A DNA stretch of 64,000 bases from an uncultured Candidatus Saccharibacteria bacterium. GTDB lineage: Bacteria > Patescibacteriota > Minisyncoccia > UBA6257 > XYB1-36-10. A model generated the notes under the pieces. It saw only the letters and a list, made by a program, of their open reading frames with translations, did not search any database and was not told the DNA's origin. The position numbers and the translations under genes were made by a program. The stretch lies in assembly GCA_964362215.1 (NCBI GenBank), contig CAYIDJ010000002.1, forward strand, positions 911 to 64,910. The letters run 5' to 3'. Positions 55,870-64,000 of the stretch are shown piece after piece (the stretch's first letter is position 1; each line of letters opens with the position of its first letter).

Positions 55870-55943
55870 TGCGGGATCGTCTAATGGTAGGACATCGCCC
55901 TTTGGAGGCGAGTATCTAGGTTCGAATCCTAGTCCCGCAGCCA
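55870..55943 (+). tRNA. tRNA-Gln (anticodon UUG), CCA encoded
   Basis: Acceptor TGCGGGA/TCCCGCA, anticodon stem TCGCC/GGCGA with loop CTTTGGA, T-arm CTAGGTTCGAATCCTAG, 3' GCCA. Confidence 0.85.
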
Positions 55944-56018
55944 CATTGTATGAATTGGAAAGGTTGCCTCGCGGCTTCGCCTCATGTTTAGATATAGACT
56001 AAATAAAGAAAAGTAATT

Positions 56019-56630
56019 ATGGAAGAAATGAAACCAATCGAAAACAAAGAAGTAGAGTTGTTAGTTTCTGATCTAGAAACTCTTTTTGCTCGACTTGCTA
56101 AACTGAAAGCAGAAAAAGGGACTCTATGGTTTGGTATTAGCGGAAGTTGGAGAAAAACAAACGAGCAAGTCGAGCAAGGAGTGCGCGAAGCTGTTCGCAA
56201 AATAATCAAGCGTGGAGATGGAATTGTTTCTGGCGGTGCGCTAAATGTAGATTATTTTGCGACTGACGAAGCACTAAAACTCAATCCTACCGCAGATAGA
56301 ATAAAAATATTTCTTCCTGTTGTTTTAGATTTATATGCGGCTCACTACCGAAAAAGAGCGACAGAGGGCGTTATAACTTCTGAACAAGCAGAAGCCCTCG
56401 TCGCTCAACTAGAAAGTTTGAGAGCCACAAACTCCGACGCCCTCATTGGAAATCCACAAAATACTATAGTAGACACAAAAACTTATTTTGAACGGAATAC
56501 AGATGTGGTAAGTGCTTCAGACGCTCTCGTTGGATTTCAGGTAAATGAGAGCGAGGGTGTCGGGGACACAGCCAAGAAGGCGATTGAGCAAGGCAAACCG
56601 GTTTGTTTAGAAAAGTTTATAATTGAATAG
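56019..56630 (+). CDS. DprA-like SLOG-family Rossmann-fold protein (stand-alone, no SAM/winged-helix domains)
   Basis: LWFGISGSWRKT (beta1-G-rich loop), IVSGGALNVDYFATDEAL, KIFLPVV, and FERNTDVVSASDALVGFQVNESEGVGDTAKKAIEQGKPVCL. These parallel the DprA blocks (IVGTRNPT / VVSGLARGIDAAAH / AVLG / FPRRNRIIAGLS..VVEA..SGSL.TA..A.EQGR.VFA). AT-rich. Confidence 0.55.
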   Translation: MEEMKPIENKEVELLVSDLETLFARLAKLKAEKGTLWFGISGSWRKTNEQVEQGVREAVRKIIKRGDGIVSGGALNVDYFATDEALKLNPTADRIKIFLPVVLDLYAAHYRKRATEGVITSEQAEALVAQLESLRATNSDALIGNPQNTIVDTKTYFERNTDVVSASDALVGFQVNESEGVGDTAKKAIEQGKPVCLEKFIIE

Positions 56631-56819
56631 CCGCCGGATTTTTTCGCCGAAATGCCAGAAGTGAGGGCGCGGCGGAAGGGGGGTGTGGGGGGAATTCCGC
56701 CGCGCCCGAGCGTTCCGCCGGAGCGAAGCGGAGGCGGTCATTCTTCCGGATTCGTTTGGTAAAAAGTTCGGATTTTATTCAGGAGGGACAGCAAGTGTTC
56801 TGTTTACTAAAATAAATTT

Positions 56820-57239
56820 ATGGATATAAAAAATAAGTTGAGGGAACTTGGTTTGAATCCAGACAATTCTGTTGTAATCGGGTCCGGTATTTTGAATGCT
56901 TTGAATATTAGGGAAAGTGAAGATATTGATATAGTGGTGTCAATCGATAAGTACGAGAGCTTAGGCAGGGATAGCCGTTTTAAGAAAAAGGAAAATCATG
57001 GACGAGAAGTGCTCGCGGATGATATTTTTGAGATTGGAACCAGTTGGACGGTGTTAGATAAAGATTGGAAATTTGATGATTTTTTAGATTACTCGGATGT
57101 TATAGATGGGGTTAGATATAATACTTTACAGTTTTTATTGGATGTTAAGCGCCGATGGATCGCTGATGGGGATATACGTCAAAAAGATATAGATGACGTG
57201 AAATTGATGGAAAATTATTTGAGAGAAATGCAGAAATAA
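56820..57239 (+). CDS. minimal nucleotidyltransferase (Pol beta superfamily, MNT-like)
   Basis: VVIGSGILNALNIRESEDIDIVV fits hG[GS]x9-13[DE]hDh. 139 aa. AT-rich. Confidence 0.55.
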   Translation: MDIKNKLRELGLNPDNSVVIGSGILNALNIRESEDIDIVVSIDKYESLGRDSRFKKKENHGREVLADDIFEIGTSWTVLDKDWKFDDFLDYSDVIDGVRYNTLQFLLDVKRRWIADGDIRQKDIDDVKLMENYLREMQK

Positions 57240-57254
57240 GATATCGTTGTAAAT

Positions 57255-57800
57255 ATGAAAAAAATAATTTTGTGGATAGTGGTTTTGGGGGTGGTGGGGA
57301 CAGGAGTTTGGGTGTTTGGAGGCAGGTGGCAGAAGAGTGAACAAGGGGGAGAGGGGAGTACGCAGGCGGATTACCAAAATATAGCGTACGAGATTGAAGG
57401 AAAGATGATTAAACTTATGGACGGCGCGGCTCAAACAGAAGCGGCACCGGGATCGGCGTCAATGATAACCACAAAGTATTTTGGGAATAAGGCGGAAGGG
57501 GATTTGAACGGGGACGGGTTGGCGGATGTTGTTTTTATAATCACGCAGGATGGCGGAGGGAGCGGCACGTTTTACTACGCGGTGGCGGCATTGAAGACAG
57601 ACGCGGGAGGGTACATAGGCACGAACGCGGTTTTACTGGGGGATAGAATTGCTCCGCAGACGACGGAGTTTCATGATGGAACAGTGGTAGTGAACTACGC
57701 GGAGCGAAATCCGGACGAGCCGATGACAGTGAGTCCGTCGGTGGGAGTGTCAAAATATTTGAAGGTTGAGGAGGGAAAATTAGTAATTAGTGAACAGTAA
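57255..57800 (+). CDS. secreted/membrane-anchored hypothetical protein
   Basis: Signal/transmembrane segment MKKIILWIVVLGVVGTGVWVF. GC is host-like. Confidence 0.45.
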   Translation: MKKIILWIVVLGVVGTGVWVFGGRWQKSEQGGEGSTQADYQNIAYEIEGKMIKLMDGAAQTEAAPGSASMITTKYFGNKAEGDLNGDGLADVVFIITQDGGGSGTFYYAVAALKTDAGGYIGTNAVLLGDRIAPQTTEFHDGTVVVNYAERNPDEPMTVSPSVGVSKYLKVEEGKLVISEQ

Positions 57801-58351
57801 CGAGTAAATAAGGAAAGGACAGAAAAGTCATTCTGACGTTACGCCCGAACATTGGAATGACACAAGGAAGTTTGAACTTTGGGGTGGTTTGTGGGAAAAT
57901 AGGCGATAGTAGAGATTTATAAAAGAATAAAGAAAGAGAGGATTTGGCGATGGTAGGTTTAGTTAATCCAGCAGGTCCGCCTGTTTTGGGGGTTTTTAAG
58001 GTGACGTATCCAAATCCAATAAAGGAGATACCGAGCGGGATTAAGCGGTTAGAGGGTCCTTTTGCGCCGGAGAGTTCGCCTTCACAAATTATTATCGCTG
58101 ACACAAGGCAGTTTCGGCGTTGGCCGGTGCTTCATCCGTACAAGGGGCATAATTTAGATGTCCTCGCGTGAAATAAATAAGGATAACGCCGCCCGCCTAA
58201 ATTTTTTCCTAAGCAAAAATTTAGGCGGGTTTTTGTTTATTTATGTATTGCCGAATTCAGGCAGTTTTTGTGATAAAATAAATTCCAATGAAAATAATGG
58301 CGAGAATATAAAAACTTTAACTCGGGCGGGGTTTGTATTATTATTTAGTTA

Positions 58352-61300
58352 ATGCCGGAAAGATTTCCCGACCGTCCGGAAAGAAATGAAGAAAACCTAA
58401 AGAAGGCGGGGTTAGAGTTGGAAAAAGAGGAAAAATCAGAAAAAGAGAAGATTTCGGAAGAAGTAATTCCGGAAGAAAAAACGCCCACGGAGATAGAAAA
58501 AGAAGTTATATTAAACAGTTTGAGTTTAGAAACTGAGCTTGAAAAAGACGCGACAAAAGAATTTAAAAAAGAAAGAAATGAAGAGTGGGAAGAGAAAAAG
58601 GATAATCTGACAATAACCGAGCTTAAAGAAACGGTAGAATTTAATGAATCACAAATAAAGAATCTATTGCATTACGGAGATTCTTTCTTTCACTTATCAG
58701 AAGAAGAGGGGGAGAAGATAGAGAAACTAAACATAAACTTGCCGGAAGAGACGGAGGAGGTTTATTTTTCCCTGAATAAAATAAAAGATTTTATGGAGAA
58801 GGCGCAGAATTATCGCCAAAAAGCTTTTAATCTGATCGGAATAACGGAAGAAGCAGAAGGTGTTTACATAAATAAGCAAGCGCAAGAAGGAGGATGGTCC
58901 TCTTTTCAGGAATTAAAAGAAGAGCATGAGCGACTCGAGGAAGAGATGATGAATTTAGACGAGAAACTAACTTATAACAAATCCTTGAAAAAGTTTATTT
59001 TTGATAAAGAATACCGACAAGAGAGGAAACAGGATAAGCAAAAATTTAAGGAAGTAAAAAAAGAGTACGAGCACAATGAAAAACTATTCCATCCATTAAG
59101 CTATTATAATTTTAGTATTAGAGAACAGATAAGAGGATTTAACCAACTTTTGGATATGTATGGACAAAATACTAAATATTTTACTGAAAAAATTGGAGAT
59201 AAATTAAGAGAAAAATTCATTCAGTATATAAAAAATAAACAAAAGGAAATGGCGCCGGCGGATGAGTTTAAAGATTATGATTTAAGTTTATGGGGACAAA
59301 ATTTTTCTAAGGTAAAAAACTGTTTAACAATTGAAAAAAGCTTAAAGGAGGTGATAACCGCGATGGAGGATAGGGAAAAATGGTATGTTTTTGATATTAA
59401 TAAATTAAAAGGAAGTATGGTTAAGAGTTCAATAAGTCAACACATTATTGAATTTTTTAAAGATGTTTCGTTTAATGACTGGGAGAAGTTTTGCGCGGAT
59501 AATGAAAACACCCTGACCGAAGAAATACGAAAGACAGTCAGCGGAGTTATAACGGATAGAATTCTGGAAACCAGAGAAAAATTTGACGATGGCCGTTTGC
59601 AGAGAGAGGCGGATAGCCTTAGTAACAGTTCTTTTGTTTTTGCTGATAAAGAAACAATGCCGATAGCCGTTATTAATTTACTTAATATTAGTGATTATTA
59701 TGATCGGGTTATGGTGGAAAATAGAGCAGCCGCTGTTTTTGAAAAGTTTAAAGAGGAGAATTTTGACGTTCCGGGAATAAAGAAAATTGTAAAAGCAAAG
59801 GAGATGGTTAATTCTGTTGGTGAATTTTTAAGAGGGGAAAGAGAAATGTATACTCGGTATTTATTAGCAGATGGTTTACTGGAGGCCGGTTCTTTTTACT
59901 TAAAATCAAACGATCCACGAATGCAGGTTTTGGGGGCTTTGTCTTTGCGTGAAATAGACAGATATGAAGGTGCCGACTCAAATAGATCCGATGAGGTTTA
60001 TAAAATGTTTAATAATGTTTATAAAGAAAAAAATCTTAATGAACGGGTAATAGGGGCCATTGGAAAAGTAGCCTTAGATGAGGTATGGTACACAAAAAAT
60101 TTTTATGCCAAGCAAATAGCTTTTAATTTAATTAAAGATTATGACCGTTTGTCTAATGTTAACCAGTGGAAAATAAAGGAGGCGGCGCCCAGGATGGTAG
60201 GATTGTTTGTTTCTAAAAATGAAGTTAGTAATATAAACGAAGAAGAAGCGGAAGTTTTAGCTAAAGTTCTTGAAATAGAACCAAAGGACCTTATAAAAAC
60301 AATTAATTTAATTAATTTGGCAATTAATACTCTTAACGTCAACCATGATTACAGCCCGTTAGAATTTAAACTTTATCATCGTTTGGCTAAAATTGAAGAT
60401 GCGGAAGATTTTTTGGTGAAATTAAATAATCTGGGTTGTCATTTTAGAATAGACAGCACGGATAAATTATTGAAAATACACGAAAACAAAGAGGAATTCA
60501 TAAGTAGAGTTAAACAATTAAAAAATTCCCTTAGTGATTCCGCCTCTTTTAATTTCATAGAGAGAGATGAAGATGTTTATAAAATAACCGATAGCAATCT
60601 TTTAGAAATTTTAGGCAGTTTTAAATCAGATAAGGGTTTGCAGAATTTTGTTCTAAACAATCTTGATAAAATCTTGGCTATTACTTCAGAAAGAAGAGAG
60701 AATTACATTAAAATTCTTGATAAAATAGAACATTCTCCCTCGCAAGAAATTCAAAAACTTAAAAACCAGATTCTTTCTGAAATTGTTTCCACTGATAATC
60801 CGGAGATATCTTATGAAAAGATAGAGCAAGTATTTTTAAAGAACAATCTGCCGGCGGTAGGGAAAATTTACCGCATTTTCGAGACGCTTTATCCGGCATA
60901 TAAAATAAAAAGTTTGATAAATTATCAATCCAGTCCGGTTTTACAGAAAGCCGGACCGACCAGACGGCGCCATATTTTTTACCAAGATTTATTAAAAACG
61001 CATATCCGTTCGGCTAACCGTTCACTTAGAGAATACGCGGAAGCTTTTTTAAGCGGCGAGGGAGTATTGGCTAAAGCGGAGCGGGACGGATTTGATAATT
61101 TAGCAGGAGAAGAAAAAGAGCGGTTAAAATATTTCTTCGGACGATTGAATACATTATTTTTAAGTTCTTCGCTGGGAGAAAACATCAAGGCGGTTGAAAG
61201 AGGTTTATCTTTAGAAGACGAATATAAAAGATTAAAGATAAGTTTGGTGGTTAAAGAAGGACAAACCGTTAAGGAGAGGGTGGAAGAAATGTTTTTGCGA

Positions 61301-62863
61301 CCGGCCGGGCTTGATTCCCTGGGAGCTCTGCTCGATGAAATGGCGGAAGCTAAAAGAGAAGCCCACGAACGAAATATGGAATTGGCTAAAAATCTTAAGG
61401 CCGGTGATCTTAATTTATCTCCGGGAGATATACTGAAGGGGGTTAATGAGAAATTTATTAACTTAATTTTACAAAATGGTTCCGTTTCCAAAGAGTTTTT
61501 AGGCGCGGATACGCCGGGTTCGGATAGTACTCCTTTTGACACGGACGTCAGTGTAGTTTTAAAGCAGGACGTGGAAAACGGAAAAAATAACGCCTTTAAA
61601 AATTCAATGGCGGCTTCTTTTGGTAATCTTGTCTTAGCCATACGCGACCGGGGGCAATTCCAAGTTACAAGACGGCATGGCCAAGAACTTGGCCGCCAGC
61701 AAACAGATAACGGTAAAATGGAACTTTTTAGCACTGGCGGGGGAGGACAACATTACGGCGTCCGTACCGGGTTTCCCTCCACGGAGATAGATTTTATTAT
61801 CGCCAGAGATTCTTTTCTTGAAAAAGGTTATGGCTACAACGAGGGGAAGGTGGAAGAATTGTATTATGAAATAGCCCAAAACGGATTTTACATACCGGTA
61901 ACAGATGAGGAAGGAGAAATTGTTTTCACTCCGGAAATGTACAACGAGTACCGAAAAACATTTGACGGTTTGGACCGTTTTGACGGTAATCCATTGGAAA
62001 TTAAAAGATTGTCAACTGGCGATTCTTATTTACAACAGGTTAAAGAAATAACTAAGGAAATGAAAAAAGACAGAAAAGAGGTGGTAAATTTATCCGACGG
62101 GATTATCAAAGAAGTCCGCCGAGCTTTAGGTGTTTTGGGAATAACTTTTAAGGATAAATATGATCCGGGAATATTGGGGGCGGAACTTTTAGATATCGGC
62201 TCTACCGGGCGGGGAACCAATATGCCAGGCGATTATGATTTTGATTTTACTTTAAAATTAGATGATAAGGATTTTGAATCCGCGGAGGTGATAGCTAAAA
62301 ATATAAAATCGGAAATGGAGTTTCAGGAGGATAAATCTCATCCGGAGGCAAGCGGCTATTATCAGTTGCGTTTGATGGGAATTACTAAAATCGGAAAAAT
62401 TAAATTAAAAGAATCACTTGACCTTGATATTGGATTTGTTAAAAAATCGGATTTGGCGGTTTTTGGTTCTCATAATGCCATTGAAGAAAAATTAGAGTGG
62501 ATAAAAGATAACTTGGGAGAAGACGCCTATTGGGAAGTTTTGGGTAATATTGTCTTGGCTAAAAAAATCCTTAAAGAGGGCGGGGCTTATAAAAGGGTAG
62601 AGCAAGGGGGGTTTGGCGGTATCGGGACGGAAAATTGGATATTGGCTAATTCCGGTAATTTGGAAGAAGCGTTTAGAACTTTCCGCGGGGCCGCTTATGA
62701 AAATGGAAAAATTATTTCCTTTGATGAATTTATGAAAAAATATAAAATTTTTAACGCCGGTATGAATATTAAACATCTTTTCCACGATAACTATATTAAA
62801 AATATGACGGAGAGCGGATATGCTGCTTTTGTTAAAACGGCTGATGAGTTTTTATCTAAATAA
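58352..62863 (+). CDS. giant Lys/Glu-rich protein (1503 aa) with C-terminal Pol-beta-superfamily nucleotidyltransferase module(s)
   Basis: Uninterrupted low-GC ORF. Residues about 1283-1299 IGSTGRGTNMPGDYDFDF (nt 62198-62248) form a cGAS/DncV/SMODS-style GS...DxDx motif, with a later acidic DLDIGF. An upstream second NTase-like segment GGGGQHYGVRTGFPSTEIDFII lies at about aa 1127-1150. No signal peptide. Confidence 0.6.
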   Translation: MPERFPDRPERNEENLKKAGLELEKEEKSEKEKISEEVIPEEKTPTEIEKEVILNSLSLETELEKDATKEFKKERNEEWEEKKDNLTITELKETVEFNESQIKNLLHYGDSFFHLSEEEGEKIEKLNINLPEETEEVYFSLNKIKDFMEKAQNYRQKAFNLIGITEEAEGVYINKQAQEGGWSSFQELKEEHERLEEEMMNLDEKLTYNKSLKKFIFDKEYRQERKQDKQKFKEVKKEYEHNEKLFHPLSYYNFSIREQIRGFNQLLDMYGQNTKYFTEKIGDKLREKFIQYIKNKQKEMAPADEFKDYDLSLWGQNFSKVKNCLTIEKSLKEVITAMEDREKWYVFDINKLKGSMVKSSISQHIIEFFKDVSFNDWEKFCADNENTLTEEIRKTVSGVITDRILETREKFDDGRLQREADSLSNSSFVFADKETMPIAVINLLNISDYYDRVMVENRAAAVFEKFKEENFDVPGIKKIVKAKEMVNSVGEFLRGEREMYTRYLLADGLLEAGSFYLKSNDPRMQVLGALSLREIDRYEGADSNRSDEVYKMFNNVYKEKNLNERVIGAIGKVALDEVWYTKNFYAKQIAFNLIKDYDRLSNVNQWKIKEAAPRMVGLFVSKNEVSNINEEEAEVLAKVLEIEPKDLIKTINLINLAINTLNVNHDYSPLEFKLYHRLAKIEDAEDFLVKLNNLGCHFRIDSTDKLLKIHENKEEFISRVKQLKNSLSDSASFNFIERDEDVYKITDSNLLEILGSFKSDKGLQNFVLNNLDKILAITSERRENYIKILDKIEHSPSQEIQKLKNQILSEIVSTDNPEISYEKIEQVFLKNNLPAVGKIYRIFETLYPAYKIKSLINYQSSPVLQKAGPTRRRHIFYQDLLKTHIRSANRSLREYAEAFLSGEGVLAKAERDGFDNLAGEEKERLKYFFGRLNTLFLSSSLGENIKAVERGLSLEDEYKRLKISLVVKEGQTVKERVEEMFLRPAGLDSLGALLDEMAEAKREAHERNMELAKNLKAGDLNLSPGDILKGVNEKFINLILQNGSVSKEFLGADTPGSDSTPFDTDVSVVLKQDVENGKNNAFKNSMAASFGNLVLAIRDRGQFQVTRRHGQELGRQQTDNGKMELFSTGGGGQHYGVRTGFPSTEIDFIIARDSFLEKGYGYNEGKVEELYYEIAQNGFYIPVTDEEGEIVFTPEMYNEYRKTFDGLDRFDGNPLEIKRLSTGDSYLQQVKEITKEMKKDRKEVVNLSDGIIKEVRRALGVLGITFKDKYDPGILGAELLDIGSTGRGTNMPGDYDFDFTLKLDDKDFESAEVIAKNIKSEMEFQEDKSHPEASGYYQLRLMGITKIGKIKLKESLDLDIGFVKKSDLAVFGSHNAIEEKLEWIKDNLGEDAYWEVLGNIVLAKKILKEGGAYKRVEQGGFGGIGTENWILANSGNLEEAFRTFRGAAYENGKIISFDEFMKKYKIFNAGMNIKHLFHDNYIKNMTESGYAAFVKTADEFLSK

Positions 62864-62866
62864 CAG

Positions 62867-63085
62867 ATGAAAATTTTGGTTAAGGTAAAGGCGAGAGCGA
62901 AGGCGGAGAAGGTGGTGGAGATGGGCGGCTGGTATTTTGAGGTGTGGGTGAAAGAGCCGCCGATTGAGGGGAGAGCGAATGAGGCGGTGGAGAGGGCGCT
63001 GGCGGATTATTTTGGCGTGGCCAAATCCAAAGTGAATATCGTTTCGGGACAGACGAGCCGGAAGAAGGTGGTGGAGATTGGTTAA
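62867..63085 (+). CDS. DUF167 (YggU/UPF0235) family protein
   Basis: KVKARAKAEKV...VKEPPIEGRANEAVERALADYFGV...IVSGQTSRKKVVEI matches the YggU pattern. Confidence 0.7.
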   Translation: MKILVKVKARAKAEKVVEMGGWYFEVWVKEPPIEGRANEAVERALADYFGVAKSKVNIVSGQTSRKKVVEIG

Positions 63086-63101
63086 GTTAGGAGGATAGAT
63101 A

Positions 63102-63257
63102 GCATCTCGTCAACATACTCTCCCTACCGTCCATTCCCCCAGCGAGGGAATGGACTACGCCTCGGTCTCGCTCCCGAGCACTCAAATTAAGAAATACGAG
63201 TGTTCGGACCATGCCCACTCGACCTCGGATGCGCGCTCAAGTATATTGGCGAGATGC
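63102..63257. repeat. long palindromic element, family C (second copy)
   Basis: catctcgtcaacatactctccctaccgtccattcccccagcgagggaatggactacgcctcg ... ctcggatgcgcgctcaagtatattggcgagatg. Outer stems imperfect (16/19). Confidence 0.65.
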
Positions 63258-63275
63258 TTTTTTGATTTACCTATG

Positions 63276-63340
63276 AACCTTGAGGTAAGAGTTAGACATG
63301 GTGTAACCCGCCTATGTTTTACTAAGTAAAACATAGGCGG
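63276..63340. repeat. shared 3' module (GAGGTAAGAGTTAGACATGGTGTAACCCGCC + hairpin + TTTATT)
   Basis: ACCCGCCTATGTTTTACTAAGTAAAACATAGGCGGGT hairpin. Same block order as the other composite repeats. Confidence 0.55.
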
Positions 63341-63392
63341 GTCTTTATTATTAAAATTTGTGCGGCAGGGAAGATTGGGTGATAATAAATAA

Positions 63393-64000
63393 ATGGAAAT
63401 TGGGGATTGGGTGAGGAATAATATATTTGAAGCGCCGACTAAACTTGGGAAGTTGAGGGTGGTGGTGGTGGGGGTGGGAATAGTGGCCGCGATAATAGCG
63501 GCGGTTTTTTATATAAACTTTTGGGCGGCGCCGGAGAAGGGCGCGGAGGTAGAACGGTTTGTGGTGCCGATAGGGTATGACAGCCAGCAGGTGGCGGTAA
63601 GGTTGAAAGAGGAGGGATTTATTAAGAGTGAGACCGGCTGGAAAATAGCGATATGGATGAGAGGGGGAGAAATAGCGCCGGGCGGATATAAGCTGTCAAA
63701 ATCAATTTCGGCTTGGCAGATAGCCGGAATATTGAAGGGCGCATCTTATATGAAATGGGTGGTGATTCCGGAAGGGATGCGAAAAGAAGAGACGGCGGAA
63801 ATACTGGCGCGAGAACTCGGCTGGAGCGAGGCCGAAAAAGAAAGGTGGATTACAGTGGATACGGCAATTGATTATGACCACACGGAAGGAGTTTATTTTC
63901 CGGACACGTATCTTATATCAACAGAAGAAGAGCTGGCGATGGTAGCGGAAAGAATGCGAACAACATTCAATGAAAAGTTCGCGCCATACGCGGCGGAGGC
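63393..64000 (+). CDS. mltG: endolytic murein transglycosylase MltG (YceG-like), 3' partial
   Basis: N-terminal transmembrane helix, then PIGYDSQQVAVRLKEEGFIKS...GGYKLSKSISAWQIAGIL...VVIPEGMRKEE is YceG-like. Open to the window end. Confidence 0.75.
   Translation, partial: MEIGDWVRNNIFEAPTKLGKLRVVVVGVGIVAAIIAAVFYINFWAAPEKGAEVERFVVPIGYDSQQVAVRLKEEGFIKSETGWKIAIWMRGGEIAPGGYKLSKSISAWQIAGILKGASYMKWVVIPEGMRKEETAEILARELGWSEAEKERWITVDTAIDYDHTEGVYFPDTYLISTEEELAMVAERMRTTFNEKFAPYAAE

Noticed and set aside
60979-61734. 251-aa minus-strand ORF inside the giant gene
   Set aside because: Antisense shadow ORF with low-complexity Ser/Leu-rich translation, no Shine-Dalgarno sequence.

Overview
This 64 kb window looks like part of a small, gene-dense bacterial genome with a Candidate Phyla Radiation (Patescibacteria)-like flavour. 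Coding GC is about 50-55%, genes are short, and there are many cell-surface and glycosyltransferase genes, so the CPR assignment is inferred from composition and gene content only. The core content is housekeeping and not novel. It includes a MacAB-like efflux operon, glycolysis and fermentation genes, the groES-groEL pair, lemA-greA-lysS-serS-alr-ftsQ, the division cluster mraZ-rsmH-ftsL-ftsI, RNase P RNA and two tRNAs (Glu-CUC, Gln-UUG). Surface and envelope genes include two GT-C (ArnT/PMT-like) glycosyltransferases and large secreted repeat proteins, one of them dockerin-bearing. Three things stand out. First, a low-GC island sits immediately 3' of tRNA-Gln (about 55945-62865). It encodes a DprA-like SLOG Rossmann protein, a minimal nucleotidyltransferase, and a 1503-aa Lys/Glu-rich giant protein with nucleotidyltransferase motifs near its C-terminus; this is my best candidate for an undescribed nucleotide-centred conflict or signalling system. 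Second, at least four inter-related families of modular, long palindromic intergenic repeats recur. They have conserved loop cores, copy-specific (near-)perfect stems, and a shared 3' module ending in a terminator-like hairpin. One small hairpin family also forms a 3-unit tandem array and sits in-frame inside a glycosyltransferase gene. Third, several short operator-like palindromes recur, including DnaA-box-like TTATCCACT inverted pairs after gene 3' ends. Other points are an rnhA 5' duplication with a GC-rich structured insert, an rnpB with an AT-rich insertion, and a promoter/terminator-bounded candidate sRNA upstream of tRNA-Gln.
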